In this document: in pieces, positions 63,030 through 64,000 of the stretch
Layout: the number at the start of each line of letters is the position of its first letter
Position numbering within the stretch: the stretch's first letter is position 1
Assembly: GCA_024679065.1 (NCBI GenBank)
Contig: JAGIQG010000022.1
Location: forward strand, 19,096,001-19,160,000
Length of the DNA: 64,000 nt
Source of the DNA: Sphyrna mokarran
Lineage: Eukaryota
Direction of reading: 5' to 3'
Program-made: the position numbers and the translations under genes
The notes under the pieces: generated by a model
What the model saw: only the letters and a program-made list of their open reading frames with translations
Told to the model about the DNA's origin: nothing
Databases searched by the model: none

Positions 63030-63930
63030 TGTGTGATTTCCATTGCATTATTATGGCACAAGTAATGGCCATTTGGTCCATCAATTCAATGGTGGCTCTC
63101 TGTAGAGCAATCCATCAGTCCCATTCCCCATGCTCCTGCAAGTGTATTTCATTCAAGCCCAATCAATACTTTTTAAATCATTGAACATCTGCACTTTGAA
63201 CAACTTTGTAGGCAGCAAGTTCCAAGTCATTACTGATCATTGTGTAAAAGAAGCTCTCTCTATCTTCCTTCCATCTCTTGCCCAAAACCTGAAATCTATA
63301 TCCCATAGTCCTTGTACCATCAGCTAATGAGAACTGTTTTTCTCTGTCTACCATATCTAAATCTGCAGTAATCATGTAAAATTATATCAAATCTCCCCTC
63401 GATCTTCTTTGCTCCAAGGAGAATGACACTAACTTTGTACCTGAAATCCCTCAACCTTGGTTCCATTCTGATAAATCTTCACACGACGATCCTCACATTA
63501 TTCCTAAAGTATGATGACCAGAACTGGTTGCAATACTCTAGTTTTGATCTAACCAAAGCTTTACATATGTTCAACATAACTGTTTTTATATTTAGTACCT
63601 CTATTTATAAAGCCTAAAGTAGCCATATGCCTTACTAACTACTCTTTCAACATTTCCTGCCACCGTACACGTGTCTCTGTCCCCGTACAATCTTTAGAAC
63701 TATGCCATATAGTCAATAATGCCTCTCCTATCCCTTTTGCCAAAATATCTCGTCACACATTCCTCTGTATTTAATTCCAATTGTGACTTATTCTGCCCAT
63801 TCTGCTCACCTATCCATGTCTTGTTGAGCTGATTGGTATTATGCCCACTGTGTACTACTGCTCAAGATTGGACTCAACAGCAAATTTTGAAATTTTACTT
63901 GATATTCCAATATTCAAGTCATTTATCAAA
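63030..63930 (-). mobile_element. Old CR1 3' fragment
   Basis: Revcomp ..RGDLI.., LDMVDREKQFSLADGTRTMGYRFQV.., GACCAGAACTG motif. Confidence 0.78.
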
Positions 63931-64000
63931 TCTTTTTTCCTGATTTAAATCTTATCCCTTAGAAACTTTGAATTGGGTTAAATGATGGGAGTCATGGCAT

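Noticed and set aside
1-64000. Prokaryotic-style systems (CRISPR, operons, retrons/DGRs) suggested by the many RT ORFs
   Set aside because: The DNA is intron-dominated vertebrate sequence; every RT piece carries CR1, Rex1 or other LINE signatures, and there is no repeat-spacer array.

Overview
Eukaryotic (vertebrate) genomic DNA, almost certainly an elasmobranch (shark) judging by its HE1/V-SINE, CR1, Rex1 and Penelope-type repeat families. The only host gene I can support is the 5' end of SSH2 (slingshot phosphatase 2) on the minus strand: a CpG-island promoter (~57.75-58.33 kb), coding exon 1 (57998-57936, MALVTVQRSPTPSTTSSPCVS), a 42.5 kb intron 1, and the 44-nt exon 2 (15432-15389, EADSGEEERRSQPR). 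Intron 2 runs off the left edge. Nearly all ORFs in the supplied track are retroelement fragments or noise. The most interesting signals are: (i) a decayed tRNA-Asp fused 14 nt upstream of the first ~35 nt of U2 snRNA; (ii) a young CR1 LINE family whose 3' UTR ends in a captured whole V-SINE, present as three copies; (iii) TSD-flanked Penelope-type hairpins carrying hammerhead-core-like motifs; (iv) an unexplained 86-nt palindrome of pre-miRNA size; (v) a uORF whose stop codon abuts the SSH2 start codon (TAG-ATG); (vi) V-SINEs with two alternative LINE-type tails; and (vii) CR1 copies sharing the same internal deletion. Repeat-family names come from recognition by eye, not database searches, and repeat boundaries are approximate.
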